Of a stretch of DNA of 34,340 bases, positions 26,430 through 34,312 are shown piece after piece. The notes under the pieces were generated by a model. The model searched no databases and had not been told where the DNA came from. It saw nothing but the letters and a program-made list of their open reading frames with translations. A program made the position numbers and the translations under genes. Origin of the DNA: Bacillota bacterium (lineage in GTDB: Bacteria; Bacillota; Dethiobacteria; Dethiobacterales; Dethiobacteraceae); the NCBI GenBank assembly GCA_018725345.1, contig QLUI01000001.1, positions 1-34,340 of the forward strand, written 5' to 3'. Numbering within the stretch: position 1 is the stretch's first letter; each line of letters begins with the position of its first letter.

Positions 26430-27206
26430 GTGTTACGCAGCCTTTGGAATGCGGCTTCTGGCATGAGGGCGCAACAGGAAAAAATTGATGTGACTGCCAA
26501 TAATATTGCTAATGTGAACACCACCGGCTTCAAGAAAAAAACGATAGTTTTCCACGACTTGCTTTACCAGTCCTTGGAGCGGCGGGGCAATGCGGTGGCG
26601 CCGGCTTTTGCGGGAGGCCGGCCGAGCATGGCGGGTGTGGGCAGTGCGGTGGGTGCAGTTCGTGCCGATATGCGGGCTGGCACATATCTGCAGACCGGCA
26701 GGGCGTTGGATTTGGCTGTGGTGGGTGAGGGATTTTTTCGGGTGGAACTGCCGGATGGCAGAATAGCATATACCCGTGATGGTTCCTTTTCCCTGGATGC
26801 GGCAGGAAACTTGGTGACTGCACAGGGACAGCGGGTGATCTTTCCCGCTCTTCCCTTGGGGCAACAGGAAATAAAGATCTCTCCCCAGGGGCAGGTGTCT
26901 GCGGTTGAACCAGATGGAGATCAGCTGGCGGTAGGGACGGTGTCGCTAGCCTATTTTAATAATCCTCAGGGACTGGAACAGTTTGGTGGAAATCTGCTGC
27001 TTGCCACAGAAGCATCCGGCGAGGCAGAAAACAGAGCCCAGGGAAACGCTACAAAGCTTATGCAGGGCTATTTGGAAAGTTCCAATGTCGATCTTAGTGA
27101 AGAATTAGTGAATCTTTTGGTCAGCCAACGCGCTTTTGAACTAAATTCCAGAGCGTTGCGGACATCAGACGAAATGTGGAGTATTGCAAATCAAATACGG
27201 CGCTAA
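26430..27206 (+). CDS. flgG: Flagellar distal rod protein FlgG/FlhP-like
   Basis: N-terminus MLRSLWNAASGMRAQQEKIDVTANNIANVNTTGFKK. C-terminus GYLESSNVDLSEELVNLLVSQRAFELNSRAL. Confidence 0.88.
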   Translation: MLRSLWNAASGMRAQQEKIDVTANNIANVNTTGFKKKTIVFHDLLYQSLERRGNAVAPAFAGGRPSMAGVGSAVGAVRADMRAGTYLQTGRALDLAVVGEGFFRVELPDGRIAYTRDGSFSLDAAGNLVTAQGQRVIFPALPLGQQEIKISPQGQVSAVEPDGDQLAVGTVSLAYFNNPQGLEQFGGNLLLATEASGEAENRAQGNATKLMQGYLESSNVDLSEELVNLLVSQRAFELNSRALRTSDEMWSIANQIRR

Positions 27207-27225
27207 GAAAGATTTTTCTGCATAA

Positions 27226-27281
27226 ATAATCCCCCCGGTGATTATACTTTCCTGTAAGGAAAAATTTACCGGGGGGATTAT
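27226..27281 (+). promoter_or_regulatory. Perfect 14-bp inverted repeat with a nested hairpin between flgG and the TPR gene
   Basis: ataatccccccggt (27226-27239) pairs with accggggggattat (27268-27281). The 28-nt loop contains tttcct-gta-aggaaa. The right arm covers the G-rich SD-like run 3 nt before ATG 27284. Confidence 0.4.
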
Positions 27282-27283
27282 CT

Positions 27284-27802
27284 ATGCGCTTTTCTCTTCA
27301 GCAAAATCAAAAGCAAGAAAGTGGCAGCCTCAAAGATACGGCAGCCGACTATAACAGGCAAGGTGTATCGGCCATACTGCGCGGCGCAGACCATGAGGCA
27401 ATTTACTATCTGCTCTCAGCCGCAGTTTGTGAGCCTGATTATTGGCTCGCCTTTTATAATCTGGGGAACTGCTGGGCCAAACTCAAAGAAAACCAGGCAG
27501 CACTGTGGGCCTATGAACAGGCTGTTCGGAACTGCTACCATCATGCGCCACTTTTTTTAAATCTAGGGATTGTTTGCTGCCGGGAAGGAGAGGCCAAGCG
27601 GGCACTGCCGTACTTGGAACAGGCTTTGTGCTTAAATCCCGCAGACGCAAAGTGCTCCGCTGCACTGGGGTTTGCCTATTATGGGCTTGAAGAATGGGGG
27701 CTTGCCTGGCACTGGTATAACAAAGCTTTCCGATTGGATCCCCACAACGCTGACTATAAAACAAGTATGCGAATTGTGGAAAAAAGAATCAGTGACGGCT
27801 AA
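27284..27802 (+). CDS. Tetratricopeptide (TPR) repeat protein
   Basis: Repeated A-x-x-Y/F...A...P TPR-like helices, for example LAFYNLGNCWAKLKENQAALWAYEQAV and ALPYLEQALCLNPADAKC. Confidence 0.7.
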   Translation: MRFSLQQNQKQESGSLKDTAADYNRQGVSAILRGADHEAIYYLLSAAVCEPDYWLAFYNLGNCWAKLKENQAALWAYEQAVRNCYHHAPLFLNLGIVCCREGEAKRALPYLEQALCLNPADAKCSAALGFAYYGLEEWGLAWHWYNKAFRLDPHNADYKTSMRIVEKRISDG

Positions 27803-27937
27803 GCAAGACTGTCTGCCCTTCCTTGCCTATCGCAATACGACTTTTACCCACAGCGTCACTGATTTTTAGGATGCTTTTGCCAACCATAAAAATAGTATTT
27901 TCGTAAGCCTTGTCCACATCAATCCAGCCTTTGCTGC

Positions 27938-28186
27938 TTACCTGGAGAGTGGTGATCGCACCAGCCTCCGAAGCCGGCTTCCTTGACGTAAATCGCTTTC
28001 GCCCGGACCGTTCCGCCGCGCTAAAGCTTGCTGGATTGCGCTCTCCCTGATACCATAACAGATGCCCGCTTTAGTCATGGCATCAAGGACTTGACTGATC
28101 TCAACCTGAGCTTCATGATTTATAGAAAGTGCCGCCAACATAGCGTTTTGGCTGATGGTAAGCGTCCATTGGTTGTCTTGAGCCAC
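27938..28186 (-). pseudogene. Relic of a FapA/DUF342 (flagellar assembly protein A-like) gene: only the N-terminal ~55 aa are recognisable
   Basis: TLTISQNAMLAALSINHEAQVEISQVLDAMTKAGICYGIRESAIQQAL matches the DUF342/FapA N-terminal pattern. The frame then degenerates into Arg-rich junk and stops. Full-length family members are several hundred aa. Confidence 0.4.
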
Positions 28187-28404
28187 AGATAGACCTCGCT
28201 CTCTTTTCTTTGCAGCGGCATTTCGTTGATGGGCTTACGCAAGCGTAAGGAGTCGTTTGCTAGCGTCGTAATAAGTTCAAATTCGTCTGAAAATTACATA
28301 ATCCTGCTATATTTTTCAGTTTGTCTAAAGAATAAAAACTCTGACGGCTAAACAGGAAATCGGCCGGCACCGGCGAAATATACATAACCAAAGGTGGTGA
28401 GGTA

Positions 28405-29385
28405 ATGAAAGAGGTGTTGTCTCAGTCGGAGATTGACTCTTTGATTCAGGCGCTTTCAAAGGGACATATTGCTGAGGAAACAGAAAGCGGGAGCATTGAG
28501 GGCGGTTTCGTCAAACTATACGATTTTCGCAGGCCCAATAAATTTTCAAAAGAACAGATGCGTACACTGCAAATCGTCCATGAAAACTTTGCGCGTGTTC
28601 TTACCAATTTCCTAACTGCTTATCTGCGTACGCCTGTGCAGGTCAAGCTGGAATCTGTTTCGCAGGTGACATTTGAGGAGTTTATTTTTTCATTGCCTAA
28701 CCCAACGTTGATGACCATATTTAACGCAGCTGAAGAAATGGGTAGTGCCATGTTGGAAACTAACCCTCAATTTGTTTTTCCTATTATCGACCTGCTATTT
28801 GGCGGAGTAGGAGAAACGCCAAAGAAAATCCGTGAACTTACAGAGATTGAATTGACGGTGATGCGTCGAATCATGACAAAAATACTTGAAAATTTGCGTT
28901 ATGCTTGGGAAGACATTGTGACTTTGATGCCACGGATTGAAAACATGGACACAAATCCGCAGTTTAACCAGATGATTGCCTCCAACGAAATAGTGACCTT
29001 AATGACGTTGAGCACCAAAATTCGCAAATCTGTAGGGTTAATCAACGTCTGCTTTCCGTTTATCACGTTAGAGCCGGTGATAGCCAATCTTACCGCGCAG
29101 CATTGGTTTTCTGCCTCGCAGCGGGTAGGCAGCGTTGATAGCCGACTTGTGCAAATTGGGCTGGAAACGGTAGAAGTGTCGTTAGCAGCAGTGCTTGGTG
29201 AAACAACGGTCAAAATGGAAGACTTTCTCCAGCTTGAAATAGGCGATGTTATTCTCTTGGATCAACAGGTGGACAAACCCATGTCTCTGCTGGTAGAGAA
29301 TAAACCAATGTTTCAGGTTCAGGCCGGTGTCTCCATGGGGCGACGCGCAGTACGCTTTCTTGCAGGGAAAGGGGTAGAGGCTTAG
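28405..29385 (+). CDS. fliM: Flagellar motor switch protein FliM
   Basis: N-terminal CheY-P binding peptide LSQSEIDSLI. Also YDFRRPNKFSKEQMRTL and the LLFGGVGE (GGxG) motif. C-terminal SpoA-like domain. Confidence 0.92.
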   Translation: MKEVLSQSEIDSLIQALSKGHIAEETESGSIEGGFVKLYDFRRPNKFSKEQMRTLQIVHENFARVLTNFLTAYLRTPVQVKLESVSQVTFEEFIFSLPNPTLMTIFNAAEEMGSAMLETNPQFVFPIIDLLFGGVGETPKKIRELTEIELTVMRRIMTKILENLRYAWEDIVTLMPRIENMDTNPQFNQMIASNEIVTLMTLSTKIRKSVGLINVCFPFITLEPVIANLTAQHWFSASQRVGSVDSRLVQIGLETVEVSLAAVLGETTVKMEDFLQLEIGDVILLDQQVDKPMSLLVENKPMFQVQAGVSMGRRAVRFLAGKGVEA

Positions 29386-29792
29386 TGAGTGGTTCATTGC
29401 TCTCCCAAGCAGAAATCGACGCTCTTTTGGCTCAGATTCCTTCATCAGCTGACGGGGAGAATCAGGCTGCGAAAACCGAGTTAATTCAGCCGAAACAGTA
29501 TGAAAATGAAAAAATAGTGCCGCCTGGGAGTCATCCCAATTTGGAGCGGATTCTAGATATTCCGTTGCAGGTTAAGGTAATCTTGGGGCAAGGAACTCGC
29601 TCGGTTAAAGATGTGCTGAGCCTGATGCCGGGTGCCATAGTGGAGTTTGAACGGAATGTCGCAGAACCGGTTGACATTATGCTTAACGGCAAGCTAATCG
29701 CCCGCGGTGAAGTCGTGGTCGTGGAAGAGCATTTTGGCGTGCGCATCACACAGATCAGCAGTCCTCTGGAAAGAGTCAGAAAAATGGTTTAA
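29385..29792 (+). CDS. fliN: Flagellar motor switch protein FliN with an N-terminal LSQAEIDALL peptide
   Basis: LERILDIPLQVKVILGQGTRSVKDVLSLMPGAIVEFERNVAEPVDIMLNGKLIARGEVVVVEEHFGVRITQI is a SpoA/FliN domain. The GTG start overlaps the fliM stop. Confidence 0.88.
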   Translation: MSGSLLSQAEIDALLAQIPSSADGENQAAKTELIQPKQYENEKIVPPGSHPNLERILDIPLQVKVILGQGTRSVKDVLSLMPGAIVEFERNVAEPVDIMLNGKLIARGEVVVVEEHFGVRITQISSPLERVRKMV

Positions 29793-29830
29793 CCAGTCTA
29801 TAGCCATTTTTTAAGTTAAGCAAAAGCCTG

Positions 29831-29866
29831 GAGAAACAGGTGCAATAAGCCTGTTTCTCAGCTTTT
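29831..29866 (+). terminator. Candidate intrinsic terminator after fliN
   Basis: 10-bp stem gagaaacagg/cctgtttctc (29831-29840/29850-29859) with a 9-nt loop, followed by agctttt. Confidence 0.5.
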
Positions 29867-29937
29867 AATCACCAATTAAGGCAGGAATTTGCAAATTCCC
29901 GTCGAAATATGCTGTAAAACAGGAAAGGCGGTTTGCC

Positions 29938-31530
29938 GTGAATAAACTTACAGCCATGCAGTTGGACGCGCTGGCGGAAAGCGGCAATATCTCTATGGGC
30001 TCTGCCGCCACGGCGTTGTCTCATCTTTTGGGCTACAAAGTGGAAATAACAACGCCCCGTTTATCATACACCACGCTCGATAAAATCCGGGCGTCTCATC
30101 CGTTGCCTTGCATCTTGATCCGTGTCCGTTATCAAAAGGGACTGGAAGGCAGCAATCTCTTTATCCTTTCAGACCGTGATGCAGGGATGGTTGCTAACAT
30201 GATGATGGGAGATCCGGATTTGCCTGTGCCGGATGAACTTGATGATTTATATCTCAGCGCTGTGAGCGAAGCGATGAATCAAATGATGGGCTCTTCCGCT
30301 ACAGCAATGTCGGAGATGTTTTGCCGAGTGGTCGAGATTACTCCACCGGAAATGGAATATGTAAATCTTGGCACTGACACTCCAATTGGAGAATTTGCCG
30401 ACAATACAGAGGTCATTCAGATAGCCTTTGATTTGAAGGTGGGAGACTATATATCGAGTCAGATGCTGCAAATTCTGACGCTTGATTTTGCCAAGCAACT
30501 GGTCGACGAACTTTTATATGTTTTAAGCGGGGAAAGCTTGCCGGAGGAGCCGGTTCTTTCCGCTGATGAAGCTGACACATTGGCTGAAATCGGCAACATT
30601 TTCATGGGTTCGGCCGCCACGGCGCTTTCGCAACTATTGGCTAAGCAGGTCAATATTACTACCCCCCGGGTCTCTACGAGTACGCTGCGCCAAATACAGC
30701 AACAGTTTCCGGAGCCTTGTGTAGTAGTAACTGTGGAGTATCTGCAGGGGCTTGCGGGAGACAATCTGTTGATTATCAGCCGGCGCGATGCGACTGTTAT
30801 TGCAGCGCTGATGATGGGGGAGGAAGCAGATAGCCCCGCCGATCTAGATGAAATCAGGATTAGCGCTGTAAGTGAAGCGATGAATCAGATGGTGGGCGCC
30901 GCTTGCGCTTCTTTAGCTGAAATCTTCTATCGGAGTATTGAGATATCGCCGCCGCATACGGAATACCGTGCGCTGGGCGAGGACGCCGGCGCGAAAAAAA
31001 AATTAGACGAAGTGCTGGTAAAGCTTTCATTTCGTCTGCAAGTAGATGGCCTGATTGATAGTGAAATTGCGCAGTTAATTCCTTTGGTTTTCGCCCGGGA
31101 GATGGTGAGGGTTTTGCTGGAGGCCATGGAAGGTCAGGAGGCGCAGTTGCCCCAGTCTGTTTTTGAGTCGTTTCCGGAACCGCCGCCGGAACCGCTACCG
31201 GCTCCGCTGGATTGTGAACCGGTTCTTTCAGGTGCGTTGCACCGGCGGCAGGAGCCCGTCGGAACGTTCTGCCCTGAAGGGACGGTGCAGTTAGATCTAA
31301 TCCGGGATATCCCTGTGCTCGTTACCGGCTTACTGGGACGCCGAACTGTGAAATTAAAAGAGTTAATGGCTGTGACCGCCGGGTCTGTGCTGGAGCTTGA
31401 GAGTACCGCGGATATTCCCGTTGACATTCTGGCTAACGGGAAGCTGGTTGCCAGAGGCGAGGTTGTGGTTTATAACAGTCACTTTGGCATTAAAATAACT
31501 GATATAGTTGAACCATGGCAACGTAATTGA
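29938..31530 (+). CDS. fliY: FliY-type switch protein/CheY-P phosphatase with two tandem CheC-like domains and a C-terminal FliN domain
   Basis: There are four D/S-x3-E-x2-N-x22-P-type motifs: DALAESGN (aa 10-17); SAVSEAMN (aa 107-114); DTLAEIGN; and a second SAVSEAMN. The C-terminus LIRDIPVLVTGLLGRRTVKLKELMAVTAGSVLELESTADIPVDILANGKLVARGEVVV is a SpoA/FliN domain. GTG start. Confidence 0.85.
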   Translation: MNKLTAMQLDALAESGNISMGSAATALSHLLGYKVEITTPRLSYTTLDKIRASHPLPCILIRVRYQKGLEGSNLFILSDRDAGMVANMMMGDPDLPVPDELDDLYLSAVSEAMNQMMGSSATAMSEMFCRVVEITPPEMEYVNLGTDTPIGEFADNTEVIQIAFDLKVGDYISSQMLQILTLDFAKQLVDELLYVLSGESLPEEPVLSADEADTLAEIGNIFMGSAATALSQLLAKQVNITTPRVSTSTLRQIQQQFPEPCVVVTVEYLQGLAGDNLLIISRRDATVIAALMMGEEADSPADLDEIRISAVSEAMNQMVGAACASLAEIFYRSIEISPPHTEYRALGEDAGAKKKLDEVLVKLSFRLQVDGLIDSEIAQLIPLVFAREMVRVLLEAMEGQEAQLPQSVFESFPEPPPEPLPAPLDCEPVLSGALHRRQEPVGTFCPEGTVQLDLIRDIPVLVTGLLGRRTVKLKELMAVTAGSVLELESTADIPVDILANGKLVARGEVVVYNSHFGIKITDIVEPWQRN

Positions 31531-31540
31531 AACAAAAAGG

Positions 31541-32071
31541 ATGGTGTCGGCAATGAATAACCTGGTAGGGAAAACGGAGGAGCAGCCCCAGGATGAATTG
31601 CAATTGGTAGTTTTTTTTCTGCAGGGTGAGGAATTTGCTGTGGATATCCAAAAAGTACGGGAAGTGTTGAAGTTGCCTCCGATTACGCGCCTACCGCAAT
31701 CCTTGGATTTTATTGAGGGTGTCATTAATTTGCGGGGAGAGGTTATCCCTGTGCTTGATCTGCGCAAGCGATTCCGTCTCAATGATGCGGCGAAAGGCGA
31801 TAAAGCGCGGATCATTATTGTGGAGATTGAGGAAGGTATGGTTGGTCTGATTGTAGATTCAGTTACTGAGGTGCTCCAGCTCAACCCCTCTGCAATCGAG
31901 CCGCCGCCGCGCCGGCTTGCCGGCACGAGGCCTGAGTTTATTTCCGGTGTGGGCAAGTTGGGGAATCGCCTGATCATTATTTTGCATCTGGAAAAAATTC
32001 TTTCTACCGAGGAACAGTTGGAATTGGAGCATTTGCAACTAGCGGAATCGGAGAGAGTTGCCCTAAACTGA
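31541..32071 (+). CDS. cheW: Chemotaxis coupling protein CheW
   Basis: LQLVVFFLQGEEFAVDIQKVREVLKLPPITRLPQSLDFIEGVINLRGEVIPVLDLRKRF is the canonical CheW pattern. The start is ATG 31541 or 31553; the ORF is open from 31508. Confidence 0.9.
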   Translation: MVSAMNNLVGKTEEQPQDELQLVVFFLQGEEFAVDIQKVREVLKLPPITRLPQSLDFIEGVINLRGEVIPVLDLRKRFRLNDAAKGDKARIIIVEIEEGMVGLIVDSVTEVLQLNPSAIEPPPRRLAGTRPEFISGVGKLGNRLIIILHLEKILSTEEQLELEHLQLAESERVALN

Positions 32072-32080
32072 TAGACTGAG

Positions 32081-32239
32081 GTCAAGGTATCGGCCACAAA
32101 CATTTTCGGCAGATGCCTTGAGCCGGCGGCTGGCATTATGGCAAAGCGAAAATAGCATAGAAAGGAGAATGACGAAGGCGCGCTTCCTCCCCATGGATGA
32201 ATTCAGGGGCTTTGTGCGCTACGTCTGGTGAAGAGATGG
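32081..32239 (+). mobile_element. Truncated, degenerate copy of the IscB element 3' end (last ~92 nt of iscB plus ~67 nt of right end)
   Basis: By eye, a gap-free alignment to 24836-24994 with about 10 mismatches in 159 nt. The iscB reading frame here reaches a premature stop (QGIGHKHFRQMP*). Confidence 0.85.
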
Positions 32240-34233
32240 ACACCAGCGAATATAGAGACCTCTTCCTGGCGGAAGCCAGGGAATATTTGCAGGGGTTAAA
32301 TATTGCTCTCTTGCAATTGGAGAGTGACCCTGCGAACAAGGAAGTTTTGCAGGAAATGTTTCGCGCAGCCCACAGTCTTAAAGGTATGTCTGCCACCATG
32401 GGTTACCAGCTGCTCGCTAATTTGACACACCAGATGGAGAATGTGTTGGATTTTTTGCGGCAGGATTCACTACGTGCCAATAGGGATGTGGCGAATATAT
32501 TGTTTGAGTCGCTCGACTTGCTGGAACTCTTATTGGGGCGCCTTGATGAACCGGCGGCTTGCTTAGAGCAGGTCGATAAAGTGGTGGGCAAGCTCCGTGC
32601 GGCTTGTGATGGCAGTGTGGAGGACGCAGGTTTGCTCGGAAGTGCGGCTGACGGGGGTGCTCTGTTACTGGATGAATTTGAAAAGGAAATGCTTAGAGCC
32701 GGCTGCGCCGGCGGAGAGCGCGCGAGGCATTTGGAAGTGGTTTTGGATGCTTCCTGCCTGCTCAAATCTGTGCGAGCCTACATGGTATTTAAATTGCTGG
32801 AAAAGTTCGGGCACATTGTTAAAGCTGTGCCGGGTACGCAGGAACTGGAAGAGGAACAGTTTGAAGACCGGTTTCAATTGGTTATTCTCACGCAGACCGC
32901 CGATGAAACTATTCGGGCGGAGCTGTTGCAGATAGCTGAAGTAGCAGACGTGTTGGTGCGGGATCTACCAGAAATGGTTGCGCCTTCAGCCGGTTTGGAA
33001 CCGCTTAAAGTGCGGAAGGTGGAATTGGTATCAGAGACGGCCATTAGCCAGGGGGAGGTAAACGGGGAGCGCAGAAATATCCGCCACGCAGCAGAAAAAA
33101 CTATTCGTGTGGAAACAGACAAGCTTGACAAGTTGATCAACTTGGTAGGGGAATTGGTGGTAAACCGTACGCGGGTGGTGGAACTTGGCAGGATTGATGT
33201 AGCGGCCGAATTAGTCAGTGCGGTTGAACAGTTGGACAGAATTACCACCGATTTGCTGAGTGCAGTAATGAAGCTGCGCATGGTGCCGATTAAACAGGTT
33301 TTTGACCGCTTCCCGCGGATGGTTCGGGATTTAAGCCAGGAAAAAGGAAAAAAAATTAATTTGGAAATTCGCGGCGAGGAAACAGAGTTGGATCGGTCTA
33401 TTGTTAATCAAATTGGCGATCCTCTGGTTCATTTGTTGCGCAACTCTGTGGATCATGGGATCGAACCGCCCGGGGTACGGGTGCAAAGCGGCAAGCCTGA
33501 GGAAGGAACCATCATTCTGGAAGCGCGGCATGAAGGCTCTTATGTGTTAATCCGTGTCAGCGACGATGGGCGCGGGATTTCCGCTGGAGAAATGCTGAAA
33601 AAGGCAGTGGAGAAGGGACTGCTTAGCAGTGCGGAAGCACAAAGGATTAGCGAAGAAGAAGCGTTGCGGCTGATTTTTAGGAACGGTTTTTCTACTGCGG
33701 AGCAGGTAACCGATATTTCCGGTCGTGGCGTAGGGATGGATGCTGTAAAAACGGTGATCGAAAGTATGAACGGCAGCGTTGAAATTAAGACCAGCCCTGG
33801 AGAAGGATCTCGTTTTTACGTGCGGCTACCCCTCACCTTAGCCATTATCAAAGCTTTACTGGTGGAAGTTGCAGGCGAGATTTATGCCATACCTATAGAG
33901 TCAATCCGCGAAAATCTGTACGTTGCTCCCCAAGACATTAAGACTATCCGGGGAGAGAAAGTTATCAATGTGCGTAGTGAAGTGCTGCCGCTGATTTATC
34001 TGGGTGAAATGCTGGGCATGCAAACCGACAGCAGTGAAGAAATTCTTTCGGTGGTAGTAGTAGAAGCCGCAGACCGCAAAACCGGTCTGGTAGTAGATGT
34101 CTTGCTGGGACAACAGGAAATCGTCATTAAGTCGCTGAGCAGGGCAGTGGAAGGAATACGTGGAGTGGCTGGAGCCACGGTGCTTGGCAACGGGCGTGTG
34201 GCGCTAATTTTGGACGTTTCAAGCCTCATCTGA
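32236..34233 (+). CDS. cheA: Chemotaxis histidine kinase CheA
   Basis: MDTSEYRDLFLAEAREYLQGLN is the canonical CheA N-terminus. HPt His in AAHSLKGMSATMG. HATPase region DDGRGI...GRGVGMDAV. C-terminal CheW-like domain. I start it at ATG 32236; the ORF-track start at 32197 lies inside the IscB end relic. Confidence 0.92.
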   Translation: MDTSEYRDLFLAEAREYLQGLNIALLQLESDPANKEVLQEMFRAAHSLKGMSATMGYQLLANLTHQMENVLDFLRQDSLRANRDVANILFESLDLLELLLGRLDEPAACLEQVDKVVGKLRAACDGSVEDAGLLGSAADGGALLLDEFEKEMLRAGCAGGERARHLEVVLDASCLLKSVRAYMVFKLLEKFGHIVKAVPGTQELEEEQFEDRFQLVILTQTADETIRAELLQIAEVADVLVRDLPEMVAPSAGLEPLKVRKVELVSETAISQGEVNGERRNIRHAAEKTIRVETDKLDKLINLVGELVVNRTRVVELGRIDVAAELVSAVEQLDRITTDLLSAVMKLRMVPIKQVFDRFPRMVRDLSQEKGKKINLEIRGEETELDRSIVNQIGDPLVHLLRNSVDHGIEPPGVRVQSGKPEEGTIILEARHEGSYVLIRVSDDGRGISAGEMLKKAVEKGLLSSAEAQRISEEEALRLIFRNGFSTAEQVTDISGRGVGMDAVKTVIESMNGSVEIKTSPGEGSRFYVRLPLTLAIIKALLVEVAGEIYAIPIESIRENLYVAPQDIKTIRGEKVINVRSEVLPLIYLGEMLGMQTDSSEEILSVVVVEAADRKTGLVVDVLLGQQEIVIKSLSRAVEGIRGVAGATVLGNGRVALILDVSSLI

Positions 34234-34282
34234 AGTTTGCAGGCTTAGTGAACTCGTTTAAGCAAAGCTTAAACATCGGGGA

Positions 34283-34312
34283 ATCAGGTGGAGAGTCTAC
34301 TCCACCTGATTA
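34283..34312. terminator. 12-bp perfect hairpin downstream of cheA (no U-tract)
   Basis: aatcaggtggag (34283-34294) pairs with ctccacctgatt (34301-34312), with a 6-nt loop. It is followed by aaaaatt, so it is not a classical + strand intrinsic terminator. Confidence 0.3.

Noticed and set aside
28320-28404. Sigma-28 (TAAA-N15-GCCGATAA) promoters upstream of fliM (ggcgaaatatac), fliY (gtcgaaatatgc, about 29912) and flgB (gacgatat, about 1968)
   Set aside because: There are partial -10-like matches, but no TAAA at the correct 15-16 nt spacing in any case. They are not good enough to call without transcription start data.
31363-32136. A 257-aa minus-strand ORF antisense to cheW, and similar long antisense ORFs at 8166-8669, 20642-21127, 21102-21599 and 22720-23112
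   Set aside because: These are shadow ORFs opposite strongly supported flagellar and chemotaxis genes. Their translations are Ser/Arg/Pro-rich and low in complexity, with no recognisable motifs and no SDs.
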